Positions 24,401 through 38,642 are shown, numbered from the stretch's first letter. The stretch is DNA of 64,000 nucleotides from Utricularia gibba (GCA_002189035.1 NEEC01000002.1:434001-498000); one strand, 5' to 3'. Program-made: numbers and translations. The notes: generated from the sequence alone by a model not told the origin.

Positions 24401-27400
24401 GATGCGAAAGAAAGCAGTTTTTTTTACTAATAACCAAAACCTACGCATCTACCATTTAAAAAGAAAAAGCAAGTTACTGACTCACTATTTGCTTATAACC
24501 GATGTTGTTCTTTCCAGCAATTGTTTCAATCATGTGCCATGCATCACTATCAGGGAGTCCAAGCCCGGCCTGGGTAACATAGTAAAGAAAATGGTTGGCA
24601 AACAAGAGGGGTTCAAATTAGAGTTTTAAGAAACAAAAATATAGTAGAGGAACAATTAAACAGAAAGAATAGGTACCATGTGTGTAGCCATAATAATGAG
24701 CTGAGACGCGACTAATGCAGCATAATTAGCCGACCTAATGAAAAATTAGCTTAAAGATTTCAGCAAATACTTTAGATTGCACAAACGCTCATCCTCAAGT
24801 GCCAGTTCATGCATTTCATGATGAAACCTAATCAAGAATGAAAATACTAAGTTCACTGACTTGCTAGAGAAGCGGTCAAGCAGATAGTCAAAGTACCCTT
24901 CCCAGAACCTGAAAATTATCAGAAACCTCAATGCATGGTAAATTCCTATAAACCAATTGATGATGTGGAAAATGCATTGGCATACCGTGGATCTTCCCAT
25001 ATAGAAAGGGTACGCAGATGCCTCTGAACATAATCAGGAACATTATTGACATCCTTTTTGTACATTTCAGAAGACACTTCAAGAGCATCTCTAATGGTTG
25101 CAACATCATTCCTCACAATAGCACGCATAACAGCAGTTTTCACCTATTTATTAACAAAGTCACTCAGGAAACACCTACACTTTAAAAAAAAATCTAATTC
25201 CTAAAGCTGTAATACCAAAATTGACATACTAATGATCCACAAAGGCCTCAGTTTACTTTAAAAACATTAAGATAAAAGGTAGCACACATACAGCAACATA
25301 ACTTTGGGAATAGCCTGAGTTGCTTCAGCCAAAATGTGATAAAAACGGTAGTAACATTAATTTAACTTTACTAATTAAAAAAAATAATAACAGTAGAAAC
25401 TGGGCATCTTCAAAAAGTTTAAGTGGTAGATAGGTACCAGTTCTTTCACTGCAATAAACTGCTCTTCGGTCAACTGGCAGCTCACTCCCTAAGCAACAAA
25501 ACTTAATATTCAGAAAGATAGTGCGGAAAGCGCAAACCTGCTTCAGAGGCAGTCGATTTTTGTGATGCAGTATTCAAATTACCAAATTAATGTGCTCTCT
25601 TATGCATTCAACAAAGCCACTACCACCAATTCCTTCAGCATCAGACTCTATCAAGGCTGTCAAGAGATCAAAGGCAGGGGGCAGAAAATTATTCATCTTT
25701 ACACTCCAATAAGACAGTGAGAGGAAGTGTTAATTGTGCTTATCCACAAGAAATAATGAATCAAAAACATACCAAGTATGGTACCATACTCAAATGAGGA
25801 AAGAGGATCCTCGGTTGTTTCCAATTTCAAAAGCCGCAGCCATAATCCCTGTTAAGTGGGAAAAGGATAGATTTTGAGACGATTTTTTTTTTTTTTTTTT
25901 TTTTTTTGGTATCAAAGAGGAATGCGCCATCAAGACAACACACCTGCAGCTTTACTTTAATGTCTAAAACCATGCGCTCTCTTTCTGCCTGTAGTTCAGA
26001 AATAGTTAGCTCATAGATACCATTAAATAAACGGACATCAGTATGAAAAGCACAGCATCAGTAGTAAGCAAAACTCACAGCTCTCTCCCTTGGACTCAGG
26101 CTTTCTGGGATATCTTTTCCAGACAGTACAGAAGGAGAGCTGCATAAGAAAATGTAGGTTCTACTTATATAACTATAAAATAGTATCCAAAGCTTATGAT
26201 GTTGTCATTATTCTAATAGTACCTCAAATTATTAATCCCAGAGTACTCTATTACACCACTTGCTGCAGCTAGAAGCTGTCTTCTCTTTTCTTCTTGCTCT
26301 TGTGTTCTGTTATGCGAAGGAAACCTATCATAGCGATACCTCATACCTGATTAACACAATAAAAAAATGCTTCAGCTTCACAGCACAAAGTCGATGAATT
26401 ATGAACTATTGCCCATGTAAAGTTTGGAAAATTTTCTTGAAACCTGTGGCGCCTGCAGTTGGATCAGATATCGTAATAATCTCATACTCAGAAGAATGTG
26501 GTGGTAGAATAGATGTAGGGTCTTGTCCTCTTCCTATAGCATCTTGTAACTTATCCAGAAGATTTTTCCCATTTCCCTCATGACCAGCACTCTTTTCCAG
26601 ATAATCCAAGAAACCTTGGGAATCTAAAAACTGGCTTATCTGTGTCAAAATAACATATTGATATAGATGAAATGACTGTTAGGATCTTACGCTTCATAAT
26701 GATCATAAATTAACAAAACTCAAAAAAGCATCAAAGGTTTAATAAAAACTGAGAGGTAGGTCACCATTGGATCTGGGGGGAGGTTTGTTGACCGAGATCT
26801 CATCTTCAAAAAAGCTTGAGCATTGAAGGAATGACTTGCAGTATTTTCCTATAAAAATGACGCCAATGTTTAATTTCTACACAGTTCCAAAGCATCTATC
26901 CAATAACGAACAGGATTGGTGAAGCTTCATACAATAAAGTTGCGATAGCCACCTAGAATTGATGCAAAGAACTTGAGGAATATAAACCTGAAAGAATAAT
27001 AGATAGTTACAGATAAACCAGGGTACGAGATTAGAAAGCTAGAAGCTGCAGAGAGTGGAACATTTTTTGAGCCTTTCAGAAAGGACACCTTGAGATAGAG
27101 GTAGGTTTTGCCAAGAAAATAGCAAATCTTCACAAACTCATTAAGAAACCTTTTTTAAATAATATACTTTCCACAAACACAGCTCAGTAATAAAGCTAAT
27201 TAGCAAGCAGCCAATCTAAAAATAAATGATTCATCCAGAGGGCTTTGCACTAGTGGCTAAAAATCACCTAAGGCAGATATCATGAGCATCTCCCCACGCA
27301 CGTCTACTAACTGGAAGACGTTGTTGCTCAGCTAAGAGGTTGCCTTTCATCAAATCTATGCCTACAACATTTTGATGTAATAGCATCCGTATCTGACTGT

Positions 27401-29780
27401 GTAAAGAACTACGCTCTGGTTCTGGAATAGGAGGAATTTCCTCTGATGTGGTAATAAGATTATGTTCAAGGTCAACTACCACAACCTGCAAGATTATTCA
27501 AATGGCGTATGTAAAAAAAACGCATGAATTCCACAGACAGAACTGTGGTTTTTTTCATTATTCAAATACTTACTGTCACCATGCTAAATGTACAAATGGC
27601 ATATCTAAAAACCAAGTCTGCCTGGAAAAAAAAATAAATATACATAATAACTTACGCCATCCATGACAAGGCCAAAGGTGTCAACATCTGAATGCAGGCC
27701 CATCATGTATGGAGTTGGAGCATCAATGTAGTCAACTCCACTGAAAAATAGAATGGGTATGTACACATGCTGCAGAATAACAAGAAAAAAGATGGTCAGT
27801 AATTGCCTTGATATATTAAAATAATATCAATCAATATATTAAGACACCTTTTCTCTTGACTCAACCAATAAAGCAAATAACTCAAGAAAAATATTACCTG
27901 CCACCGGAATGGATATATTAGGTGGCATATTGCCTCAGATACAAGAGTTAAAAGAGAATATCTGCATAGAAAGATAACCTAGCTTTAGCTTGAAGTGAAG
28001 ACTAAAACCATTTGCATAAATGTTTCTTATGATGCAAATGAAAAGACGAGGGATAGAAAATGAACATTCCATATACAGTACTGGATAGCTATTCGGTAAA
28101 CGAGTAAAGATTCTTTTTGTAGAAATATAACACTTTGTGAATTGAGAAGTGGTTTAGCCAGATTTAGGAAAATATTAACCACATATTTTCCTTTTTCAAC
28201 AAAAAAAAAAAAAATTCACATGCACAGCTTGATCTGTACGCATATCATAGAAATGAACAGTAGCAAGACATAGGGTTTAATCGAGCCTCAGGAATCTGTG
28301 CTTCTTGTAACACAAACCTTTGTACATATAGTGCATCCCTGTATAAGACAGTTGAAACCACATTTTCGGAAGTACATAAAGCCTACCTTGATGAGAATTT
28401 CAAAGAGGTAAATTGTGAAAAACAGGCAGTTACCAAAACACATTAAATAATGAGTTCCGTGATACTAGGCAAAGTATACTTCCTAAATAACACTCACAGC
28501 TGCTGCTGCTGTTTCACAATGACACAAAGATATGCAAACGTCCGAGCAACCAGCATATTGGAAGCTAGAGTTGCCGTTAAAGAAAAGAAAAAATGGACCC
28601 ACAAGGTCCTAAATTACAATGGAGGATAAAAACCAAAATCTAGAAGATAGCATACTTATTGGAGCGAAGCAAAATCCTCCTTTCAAGCAGGACAGCTGTG
28701 AATAGTTTAATAAGATTATCAACATCCAAACACTGAACCAGAGGTTGAAATGAAATCTGCCACCATGTACAAATGGAGAATCAGCTAGAAGTAAACCAGA
28801 CAACAAAGCCTTAATTCAGAAACAGACCCCAAAATTTATAAAACAATAGAATAACAAAAACGCTTACATCAGCATGTGGAAGAGTATCTGGTGGCGGTAT
28901 CTCCAAAGCAAGCAGGCTGTTCTCAATCGCAAACAAGACACGTTCCTTTCCAGATGTAGGCAAACAAACATTGGAAACTACGAATGCTATGACTTCCCAT
29001 AGAGGCTTGCTGAAAATATATTTTTAGACTTAGTACATACTCTACCTTAATACAACATATCAGTAACCACTCCGGATGGAATGAAAAAAGCATGCAAGGA
29101 AAAATTATCCTCTTCATTGGAATCAACGGGATGAACGATTATACTGTCATTAGAAACACCAATAGCAGCATCATGGGGATCATAAGAAAATAAATCAAAA
29201 CCACAGTGTGTACGAGCTCGTTCGCACCCCATTTGTTTCTTTATTCACAAAAAACCGTGATCGGACTAACCATTTGCGGCAGAAAAGTTTTATTTACAAC
29301 TTCAACAATACCTGCCACCCGCATCCGAAAAACAAAGTTGGAATATTTCCTCCAGAGCCTCTCGAAGAGCGCGAAAGCATGGAGAACGCGATACAAGACA
29401 AACGCACTTATCAGCAAAGGAATCCCCAGGAATCCGATAAGCCCCGCATATATCCAAGCAAACAGGATCCCGGAACGCAATGCAAGCTACATAAATCTTC
29501 GAACCATCGCCTTCGGTCAAAACGATGGGATAACTACGCGGAAACGTAGTTGGGTCACGGGAATCATATCCCGATGTGTAAAACTGGAGTCCCGCCGGCA
29601 ACACGCAAGTGGGAAGTTGGGGCGGAGGCGGAGGATATAGCGACTGATTTGTGGGGGGTACTGATCCAGCAAAGACGGTAAGTACATGGTGGAAGTTCCA
29701 TGGTATCCTCGGCCGCCGTCGAGAGTTCGAATCTCGGGGCCAACTCCGCACACCACGAAGTACTCGAAGATGTGAGGCAT
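21416..29780 (-). CDS. SCD1: DENN domain and WD40 repeat protein SCD1, many exons
   Basis: MPHIFEYFVVCGVGPEIRTLDG, uDENN (PQLPTCVLPAG, RSYPIVLTEGDGSKIYVACIAFRD), C-terminal WD40s (LTGSDDWTARIW, TAAHDGTVKMWD), ending GLLRLWDATINI*. Frameshift at 29653-29658. Confidence 0.93.
25883..25907. repeat. Poly-T run (25 nt) in an SCD1 intron
   Basis: Seen directly in the sequence. Confidence 0.9.
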
Positions 29781-30593
29781 TTCGAAGATCCGGAGCTTTG
29801 CCCTTCTTTCAGATCACAACAACCCTTACAACTCCATCGGATTGACTGGCTGTCGCAGAGGATCAAGCACGACGCGCTAGATAACCGTTGGCGTTACCGA
29901 ACACCAACACTCGGAAATTGATTTGATTTTCTCTTTGCCCCAACCTGGAAATGAAAAACCGTCTAAAAAAAATAAATAATCATTCTATTTTAAAATAGAA
30001 CACTTAAACAGTGAAGCCCCCTCGCGGCGAAGATGTGGTTTCTGGGAAATGCTCGGTTTCCGGTTGATTCCTGAACTCTTCTTCCTTCTTTGGAAATAAT
30101 CTGCATTCATTGACCAGACCAGACTACGAGAGAACCCCAGAGAGGTAGTTCCATCTGGTTTCAAACCCTATTCAATCATTTCATTGTAGGGAAATGATCG
30201 CCGGATTCAGGAACCCACGTTTCCCAATTGGGGTGAGTATGGAGAATAGAAGGCGCTTCAGCCGTGTAAAATCATGCTTGGATATCTGAACACGTACACA
30301 ACTCTTCCAGAGATGAACGGTCAGTCCGTTGAGGACTTGCGTCGAACAGGTGGCGGGCAGGCGATAGAAGCGAATGAAGTGACAATCTTGGTGACGTAAA
30401 ATGGGTCGCAACGAAGACGGCTTTTGGTCATCTGGATTCTTGTTGTCCAGAGGATGATTAGGCTTCGTGATTCAGCGAAAAACAATTTCGGAGTAGTGTT
30501 CATTAGCTGAGAAAGAAGATGCGATCATTTGGAACAAGAATTTGAGCAGCGTCGAAGAAGGTTAAACAAGAAGTGTGAAAAGGGAGATGCAGT

Positions 30594-31570
30594 TTACCGG
30601 AGCCGGCGATCCACCGTCCTGCTTGTATAGGGTTCCCACAGATCAACGTGGACCTTAAGTGGACCTTTCAGTGCCTTCTTCCATTCATGAATATTCGGCA
30701 GTGTACCCGTAAGCGCCAGTGAGCTCTCGTCTTTCCGGTCTTCGATACGCAGTACAGAAATCTCCCCAGGGAAAACCTCATTCATGCTTTTCAAGGTCTC
30801 CTCCATTATAGTACCACCATCTGTCTGTAAATCCTCCGGTTCCACACAGCTCCCCCCGATGTTCACCATCATTCTCCCGCCACTCCTAAGATTCCTCCTC
30901 AATTTCTCCCAGGTAGCGGCGTCTTGGAGTTCCGGAATCACGCGCCCTTTGCTGAAAAGATCGACCAAAATCCCGGCAAACCCGTCTCTCAATCCTGCAT
31001 TCAACCCGTTTCCCGTGTGGATATGAAGTCTATCTTTGAATTTCTTCTCCATCTTATCTAGCCAGAAATACTCCCTCGCCACGGCGATGACGGATGGGTC
31101 CAGTTCCCAGCCGTGGATCACTCTGTCGGGGTAACGTTCGAGGATGATTCGAGCGGCTGTCCCGGCTCCAAACCCGAGCAATCCTATCGGTCCCGGCGGG
31201 AGAATCGGGGCAACGTAGCGAACACGTCGTAGTAGGCATCGGTGAGCGACTTAAAGAGATAAGAAATGCTATGAATGTTGCCAGGAGCGTCGAGCAACAG
31301 AAGCCTGGAGCCGGCGAGAGGGTGGTCGGCGGCGCGTGAGACTTGGAGGACACGGATGTAGTTGTGCCTGGACTTGAACTTCACTAGTGTTTTGACGTGT
31401 TCGATGGGGATTCCAGACTCATCCACAGCGGCGGACGCCAGCGCATACCGATCATCAAGCTTTGAAAACTCGCAGCGAGGAAACGCGGCGGAGGTCGGAA
31501 GCGATATTGTCGGTGAAAGCCTGTGGTGGAGACGGATCCCGGGACTGAATTGGGCCGCGAAGAGCTCCAT
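30594..31570 (-). CDS. Intronless SAM-dependent methyltransferase (spermidine-synthase-like fold) with predicted plastid transit peptide
   Basis: LLLLDAPGNIHSIS, motif I LLGFGAG, motif II WELDPSV, ILVDLF. ORFs 31184-31618 and 30594-31181 join via a -1 frameshift at 31207-31210. Confidence 0.85.
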
Positions 31571-32049
31571 AGTCAGAGGATAGAACTCCGCAGTTTGTGA
31601 AAAAGGGCAATGAGGCAACCTTTATATGCAGAGGCAATTTCGGCATCGCCTCCGCCATATTAGGCCCTTCTGATAAGCGATGGAAGGAGCACTTGGGACG
31701 AAGATGGAGAACTGCCTTCGTTTAGGGTCACAATTTGCTCAAGGACTGCAAAACCTTGACTGCTCTCTTCGTACTGCTAAAACGCATCATCAATGATTCT
31801 TAAGCTAACGCCGAATCAACCAGCAGTCTCTGCAGAACTCTCGCAATTGGAGAAAGGCTAAGCGGAAGAATGGAAGAAATTCCTCCAATCAAAGCCATGA
31901 ACACAAGGCAAGCCATTTGAAAATGAACCGAAGGTAAAAGCAACGAAGTTTCAGAGACAGAATCACGAAATCAAATCTCTGCTTCAGGAAACTGAACGAT
32001 AACAATAACATGAGGGATCTGATACTAATACCAATTGAATGAACTTCAA

Positions 32050-32341
32050 TCACGCAGTGAGCACAACGGCACCTCCAGCCTCCTTAATCTTCTTCTCAGC
32101 ATTCTTGGAGACAAGCTTCGCCTTCACCACCACAGGCTGATCCGCCGGCAGGGTTCCCTTACCCAAAACCTTGAAATACCCAAATTGCGTGACGTCGATC
32201 AAGGGCACTTCATCCTTAGACGCCTTCTCCTTCACATCCTCCGGCACCAGCGACCACAGCTTGTCGACATTGACGGTCGGACAGAAGAACTTGTTACGAA
32301 GCTTATGGAAGTATCGCATACCTACTTTCCCGAAGTACCCA

Positions 32342-32373
<32 letters not shown>

Positions 32374-32490
32374 ATGCATGCCTCCCGCGTTTCCCCGACC
32401 TCCGGGATGCTTCCTGTGCTTACCGATACGGCCGTGCCCGGCGCTAACGTGACCGCGCTTCTTCCTGTTCTTCCTCAATCGAGTCGTCAT
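32050..32490 (-). CDS. RPL27A: 60S ribosomal protein L27a (uL15), intronless, 146 aa
   Basis: [59 protein letters not shown]...GGAVVLTA*. Confidence 0.97.
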
Positions 32491-32561
32491 CCTGGATCGG
32501 CCGCCGCGCTGGGGAGGAAACCCAGGTGAAACGACACTGAGAAGATTAATAGCAGACAGGC

Positions 32562-32990
32562 TAGGGTTTCCCGAGGAATGGACCCCAAGGCCCAACTTAA
32601 TTCCTTCAGGGAAAAAGCCCAATTAATTAAAACACATTTTTTTTATCTTATTCAAATATGACTTTAATTTAAAATATAAAAATAAAAGCAGTGGAGAACA
32701 AGGAACAAGTCCAAGTCCAACAACGCACGTATAACGCGGACCAGTTTGGTGGGCTAAAAAGGGAGTTCACATGGGCTGTGGGCCCACTTGTCGAATGGAA
32801 GTTTCCCTTTCGGGTGACGTGTTGCTCAAAGGCGATTCCCGTATGGATGGAAGCATCACACGTCATCGCGTATTCTTTGGAAACTTTTATTTATTTAATT
32901 TGACCAAATTATGGAATATTCGGAATAATCGAATTATGAAAATTCAAGCACTCTGACTACCCCGCGTTGGAGTGGTTTATACCTGGGCCT
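32562..32990. promoter_or_regulatory. Telo-box and site II elements in the RPL27a/PB1 divergent promoter
   Basis: AAACCCTA on the - strand at 32562-32569; GGCCCA/TGGGCY at about 32589, 32748, 32773-32785 and 32983. This is the standard ribosomal-protein promoter pairing. Confidence 0.65.
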
Positions 32991-33101
32991 GAATGCACAT
33001 TCTATAAATACCCCTAAATCAGGCATTGAATTGTTTCAGGAAGAATTTCTGGTTTCTTCCTGTCTACTCTCTCGCGGTGGAAACCGTTTACAATCTGAAG
33101 T

Positions 33102-33716
33102 ATGACTTCGAAAGTGAGCGACAAGATTCCGATCAGATTTCTTTACAGTTACGGCGGTCAGATTGTTCTCCGTCCCTCCGATGGTAAACTGCGCTACGTC
33201 GGCGGCCACACGCGCGTTCTCTCCGTCGATCGATGTATCACGTATTCAGGTGAGGGTTTTACCGTCGATCGATGGTAAACTTATTCTTGTGGATTTTCTT
33301 GATTTGCGGTTTCACTGATGCGAGTCTTTTGTGGTTTCTCAGAACTGATGGCGAAATTGGAGGAAGCTTGTGGTTCTGCTGTAGTTTTGAAATGCAATTT
33401 GCCTAGCGAGGATGCCGATGTGCTGGTTTCCATCAGATCTGTCGAGGAACTTCGAGGTGTGATCGAGGAGTACGAGCTCGCTGCGCCGGAAGCGAAAATA
33501 AGGGCGTTTCTTTTTCCGTTGAAGAAACTTTCTCAGCCGTCCTCTCCTATGTCCTGTTTTGATTTCCCTTCGGTTCCCAAGCGCCGTCCCAAATCCTCTT
33601 CGAGTCGCTGCTGCTGTCATCCGGCTATCGGATATCCCATCGCGGCCGTCAAACACCACTACTATGTTTCCAGGAATCCAGCGCGTGATTACCACGCTCC
33701 GCGCTGCAACCAATAA
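33102..33716 (+). CDS. PB1 (octicosapeptide/Phox/Bem1p) domain protein, 2 exons
   Basis: IRFLYSYGGQIVLRPSDGKLRYVGGHTRVLSVDR...|ELMAKLEE...LPSEDADVLVSIRSVEEL...KIRAFLFP. TATAAATA at about 33003. Confidence 0.85.
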
Positions 33717-34086
33717 CAAGATTAGGAATTTTAGGGTTTTGAATCACCGAAAGAAACATTCGTTCGTTCATTTACTGTAAATCACCATATCATCATCGTT
33801 GATGCGATGAACAAGATGGGTAGTTCTCGTTTTGCTACCCCACTCTCATCGCTTTTCGAGATTTCCCATGTGGAGTCGTTATTCTTTCCAGGTAGCTTCA
33901 CACATTCTAAGTGAAATAAATCCCCCGACGTGTTATTTGTGGTTCAAGTTGCATGTTTAGATTCTTAATGCATTATTGCTATTTTGCAGTTAATACAAGA
34001 AACGGTGGACGGCACAAGGGCCTACCAGCAATAAGGTTGCAGTGAACATAGGCACCGTCCTGGAGAACGAGTTTGGTTAACACGAT

Positions 34087-37000
34087 TCAACAGACTTCTG
34101 TATCGAACTTGAGAGATATCCCCATGCTGAATAGCTCCTGGCACAGCAGCTTAGCCCCGTAAGGCACATTGACTCGGACAACATCCTCGATGGACTCACA
34201 AAAGCGGCAGAAAGGTCCTCGAACTTTCCGGCCACCGAAAACAGGGCGCTGGATCACGTTCACCATGTTCTGGCATTTCCTGCAGATATGCATCTGTGAG
34301 GAGTCACTCAGGGTGAAGAGACGCTCGTGAAGGTTTGCTGCTGCGCCGTGGGCGATCAGGCAGTCGCGCTCCATCTCTCCGAACTTTATACCGCCGAACC
34401 GCTTCCGATCCGCGACAGGCTGTCGCGTCAGTGGGTGAACGGGGCCCGTGTTCCTGAACTTAACCTTGTCTTCAGCCATGTGAGTCAGACGCTGGTAGCA
34501 CGTTGGCCCCATGAAGATGAGAGACTGCACCTTCTCTCCAGTCCGCCCATCGTAGACTCTTTCAGCACCCCACCGCGAGAATCCACGCCTGAAATATGAA
34601 CCATCTGTTCATACCCAGAAGGCAGCGGATTAGGAGAATCTGCAGTGAGAAAAGAAAAGGATGCTTACTTGTGAAGCTGAGCAGTTATATCTTCGACTGC
34701 CGGCGAAGAAAAAGGTGTGGCATATTTCAGTCCCCCTCCAAGTGCGATCCCTTTCCCCAAAGCAGCCTCCAAAAGCTGACCAGGAGTTTGTCGAGAGGGG
34801 AAGGCATGGGGATTTATCACAATGTCCGGAACTATTCCTTGCATTGTAAAAGGAAAATTCTCTTGGGACTCCAGGAACCCCAAGACGCCCTTCTGCCCGT
34901 GCATGCTTGAAAATTTGTCTCCCAGGCAAGGAGAACGAACCTGCACCAATAAGTATCAACCAAGGGATCAATCTACCAATAAAGAAAGAGGCAGAGAAAA
35001 CGGCAAAACACCTAGACACTGGCAGTTTGATGCGAAGTGACATTACCTGACGCAAGGATACAACAGCATGATTATTTCCATCATCATCTGCTGAAAGCAC
35101 AACCTTTTGAACCATGCCTCTTTCCGTATGCTTGAGCTTGATGCTGTGATCCACACCGGTGGCGGAATGCTTACCAATGACGATATCACCGGTTTGGAGA
35201 TTTGCGCCGACATATGGAAGCCCATCATCATCAAGACTGTCAACACGCCCTATCTTGCTTGGTATCTTTCCAAAGCTGATCAAATCATCACCTTTGACCT
35301 TTTTTTTGGTCGATGGATTTTCCGGGTTGTCAATTTTGGCCTTGTAACTCCTAATATGTTCAGATCTGAACATGCCACGCTCCAGAGAAGCACGGTTCAT
35401 GACCAGAGAGTCCTCTTGGTTATAACCAAGGTGAACATTGACAGCAACAATAGCACACTGGCTGTTGAAAAACTGGGGTTGGGCCGTCACTCCTTTGCGA
35501 CGATCAGAGTGATGTAAGCTCTCAAGGCATTCTGACAGTACAGTCCGAAAAAGGGGCCTTTGAGGATAGTACAACTGATGGGTGTTCGTGTCCACTCTAA
35601 TGCTTGGATTGGTGGTTGAAAACCCAATTGCTTGATGAGAATGCTTCTCGGACTGGTATAGAACTCTCCTGGCGTGATCATGATTTGCGAATGGTATAAG
35701 CCCGCAGCTCAGTCCTAACAAGAAGGAGCTATCAAGTTCACAGTGAGTGTACTTGACAGGAGGATTCTCTAATTCGGCCATGAACAGGTACTTTGTTCCC
35801 CATGCCGTTTGGCAATCCTCTTCCTCTTCAGGCCCGATAAGCTCCACTATCCATTATCAAGAAGAGATTGGAAAATGAAGCCCCCCTTCAGATCCTTGAT
35901 TTTCCTCAAATTCTGAACAACTAAAAGAGGACGAAGAATTCTCCAGCATCTGCAAATACACGTACTTCACCATGATTTTTGTCTCTTTTAATTTCAACCT
36001 GAAAGGGAAAAGGCTGAGAAGCTAGAGAACAGCAAGCGTTATTTACAACTGGAGTAGGTAGGAAGGGGGTGATCAAACCTGACAAGGCACCTCCATTTTC
36101 CGGCGTTGACGCCGTAGCTTAGAAACAAATGATGATGAATCTTTGCAGACACCAACTATGTCACCATCAAGAAAGATCTTATGCCTTCCGTCAAGCAAAC
36201 TTGAAGCATCATCAGACAATTGTTCCATTCCACATTCTTGAAATTTTTTAAAGAGAGATCCACGCTCAAGAAGATTAGTACTGACAAGGCCCAGGCTTGC
36301 AAGATTTTTGACCAGTCCACAATTCTCTCCATCCGGTGTAGACAGGAAGCAAATCTTGCCCCAGTGTGATGGATGGCTTGTACCCATGCAAAAAAGAAAC
36401 AAGTAAGATGGCCAGGAAATTGGAAATAAAATCTAATGCATCAAGAAGATTGGCTTCAGAACGTGGTATCCTTAAAACATGAAGGAGTCAAGACTTGAGA
36501 GTAGTTTGTATGTATATCATGAACTTTATAGAGCAACTCACGGGTATCTAGCATCGCCAACTTTTCCAGTGTAAGTTACTTGTTGACGCGTTTTCCTCAT
36601 ATCTGCAACTGCTTGCAAAGGATTTGTCCTCCTAAGAGTAGCCACTACACCTGAAATTCTCTCCATCCTCTTGTAAGGATGAGACCAGGCACCGGTAGAG
36701 AAGGCTCTGGAAAGCCCACTGGTGATGATGGATGCATCCCAATAGTGGTCCATCGACTGCACATCACGTTCCTTGTGCAGATCTCTCTGCATAGCTCGCA
36801 TCATGCGTCTCTCTGCATGCTTGATGTGAATTCTAAGTTCCCGCTCAAGAAGTTCTCCGGCCAGCTCTAACCTCTTGTTCCTAAGGTCATCCCGGTTATC
36901 AACTTTCCTGCGACCCATATAGGCCTCCAACAAGCATTTCACCATGTATCCAAGAAAGCATGCTTTCTGCACTGAGGTTTTGAGATGAGGAAAAAGAAAA

Positions 37001-38642
37001 GATTTCAAGCATTCATCTATTGGCTCTTTTGGTGGGTACTTGCATCTGTCGAGATGCTCCTTTATGAACTTAATTGCATTGCCTGCCTTACGAAAACCAT
37101 CACATTCTTTATCAGCCTCATGAATAGATGCAAGAAGTATGTTCGCAACTGCAGTGTTTCCAACATCCAAATCAATCATCTTTACCACTTCTTTGTCATT
37201 CTTAGCACCCAAGGCAAAAAAAAGAACCCAGATGGGCATTTCTGTGATGAAGTGGACTGTAAGAATCTTTTCCCCATCTACGAAATTGTTTACTCTGGGA
37301 CCCAACTTCAAGTAAACTCTTTTTCTTTTATCACTGCCCGATATGCAACAGTCCAAGTTGGTTCTTTGGAGATCCACAGTCGTTTAAGACATAATTGTTC
37401 CTGGGCAATGAATGTCTGCAACAAAAGTTTTTGAAACAACTTCAGTATTCCATAACAGCTGAAGCCTACTTATTAGTCCACTTTGGGATCAAAGGAACAA
37501 GTAGAAGAATTCTGTTCACCTGAGTTATTTTAGTAACGACATAATTAACAGGAAAAGAAGCCCATCTCTAGACCCTCACCTTCTCAGCACCCTTAATTAT
37601 GAAATACCCACCGTTGTCGAAATCGCAATCCCTTTTCCACTTCGCTTCATCCAGCACAGAACTGAGTTCACCATGACGGGCAGACTCCCAATCATTATTT
37701 CACCATCATGCTCATAAAGTATTTTCTTCTCAAGAAACTCATTTTGGCCAGTTTTGAACTTGTCACTTTTAGACATACCTTCAGTATACACCTGAGATGA
37801 AGTGTATATGAAAATCAATAGAAAAAAAAAGCATGGGAAGCATCTCAGCAAAAATGGGTGCCTAGATGAGGGGATAAACGAAATATCTTTCTATAGCAAA
37901 TAAGAAAACCATAAAAAGTGAAACCGGGGGTAATGATTTAGATTTGAGAAATAATCCAATACTACGAATTGAGAGGAATGATGCCCTGTAAATTCAAATG
38001 CTATTGAAGTTAGGACAGTGTACCTGAATACACATCACATCAAATGCTGACAACATTGTTACACAAGACATCAAGGTAGGTTCCATGAATATGTGAATGA
38101 GAAAATAAAAGAATATGCAAAACATTCACAACCTGAAGATGAGCCTCTACTTTAATCTTCGATGCATAGGTCATGTTCTGAAGACGGGCATGGTGTGGGT
38201 GAAGCTCCAAGATATCTTTAGCACCATCAACCGATACACCTGGCCAGAATACAGGTGGTTCCAGAGTGACCTTACCAAACTTGAGAGAAGCCCTCTTCCA
38301 TTCTCCCTCGCCCTTCTTTGATGGTTCATAGCTCGGATCGATATTAATTTCACCTAGAGACTCAAACAGTTGGTGAATACCATGTTTAATGAACTGATCA
38401 TATGAATTCAGCTGGTGGCTAATCAATCCATGTTGATCAAAAAAAGCTGATGCGGCCTTTCTACAGAAAACTTTAACAACCCCTTCATCCAATTCCTGCA
38501 TGTTATTCCCGAACTCATCATCTGAATCAGAAAAATCAAACTCAATATCTTCATCAATGTCCATTGTAGTGGTGCCATTGAAGAAAATTCCCTTGCTGCC
38601 ACTGGGTCCTGCATCTTCAACTAAATCGTCCCATGCACCCAT
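34087..38642 (-). CDS. NRPD2: DNA-directed RNA polymerases IV and V second-largest subunit, multi-exon
   Basis: HPSHWGKICFLSTPDGENCGLVKNL, LGYNQEDSLVMN, GDKFSSMHGQKG, RKRFGGIKFGEMERDCLIAHG, Zn finger CRKC...CRFC. Three -1 frameshifts (about 37630, 35943, 35851). Confidence 0.95.

Noticed and set aside
32035-32529. 164-aa + strand ORF antisense to RPL27a
   Set aside because: It is a shadow ORF of a GC-rich coding strand. The same applies to the antisense ORFs over ClpD, SDR, NRPD2, CYP71, QS, Psb28 and MUR3.
32491-32622. 44-aa N-terminal extension of RPL27a in the ORF track
   Set aside because: Canonical uL15 starts at MTTR (32490). The extension covers the telo-box/promoter region.
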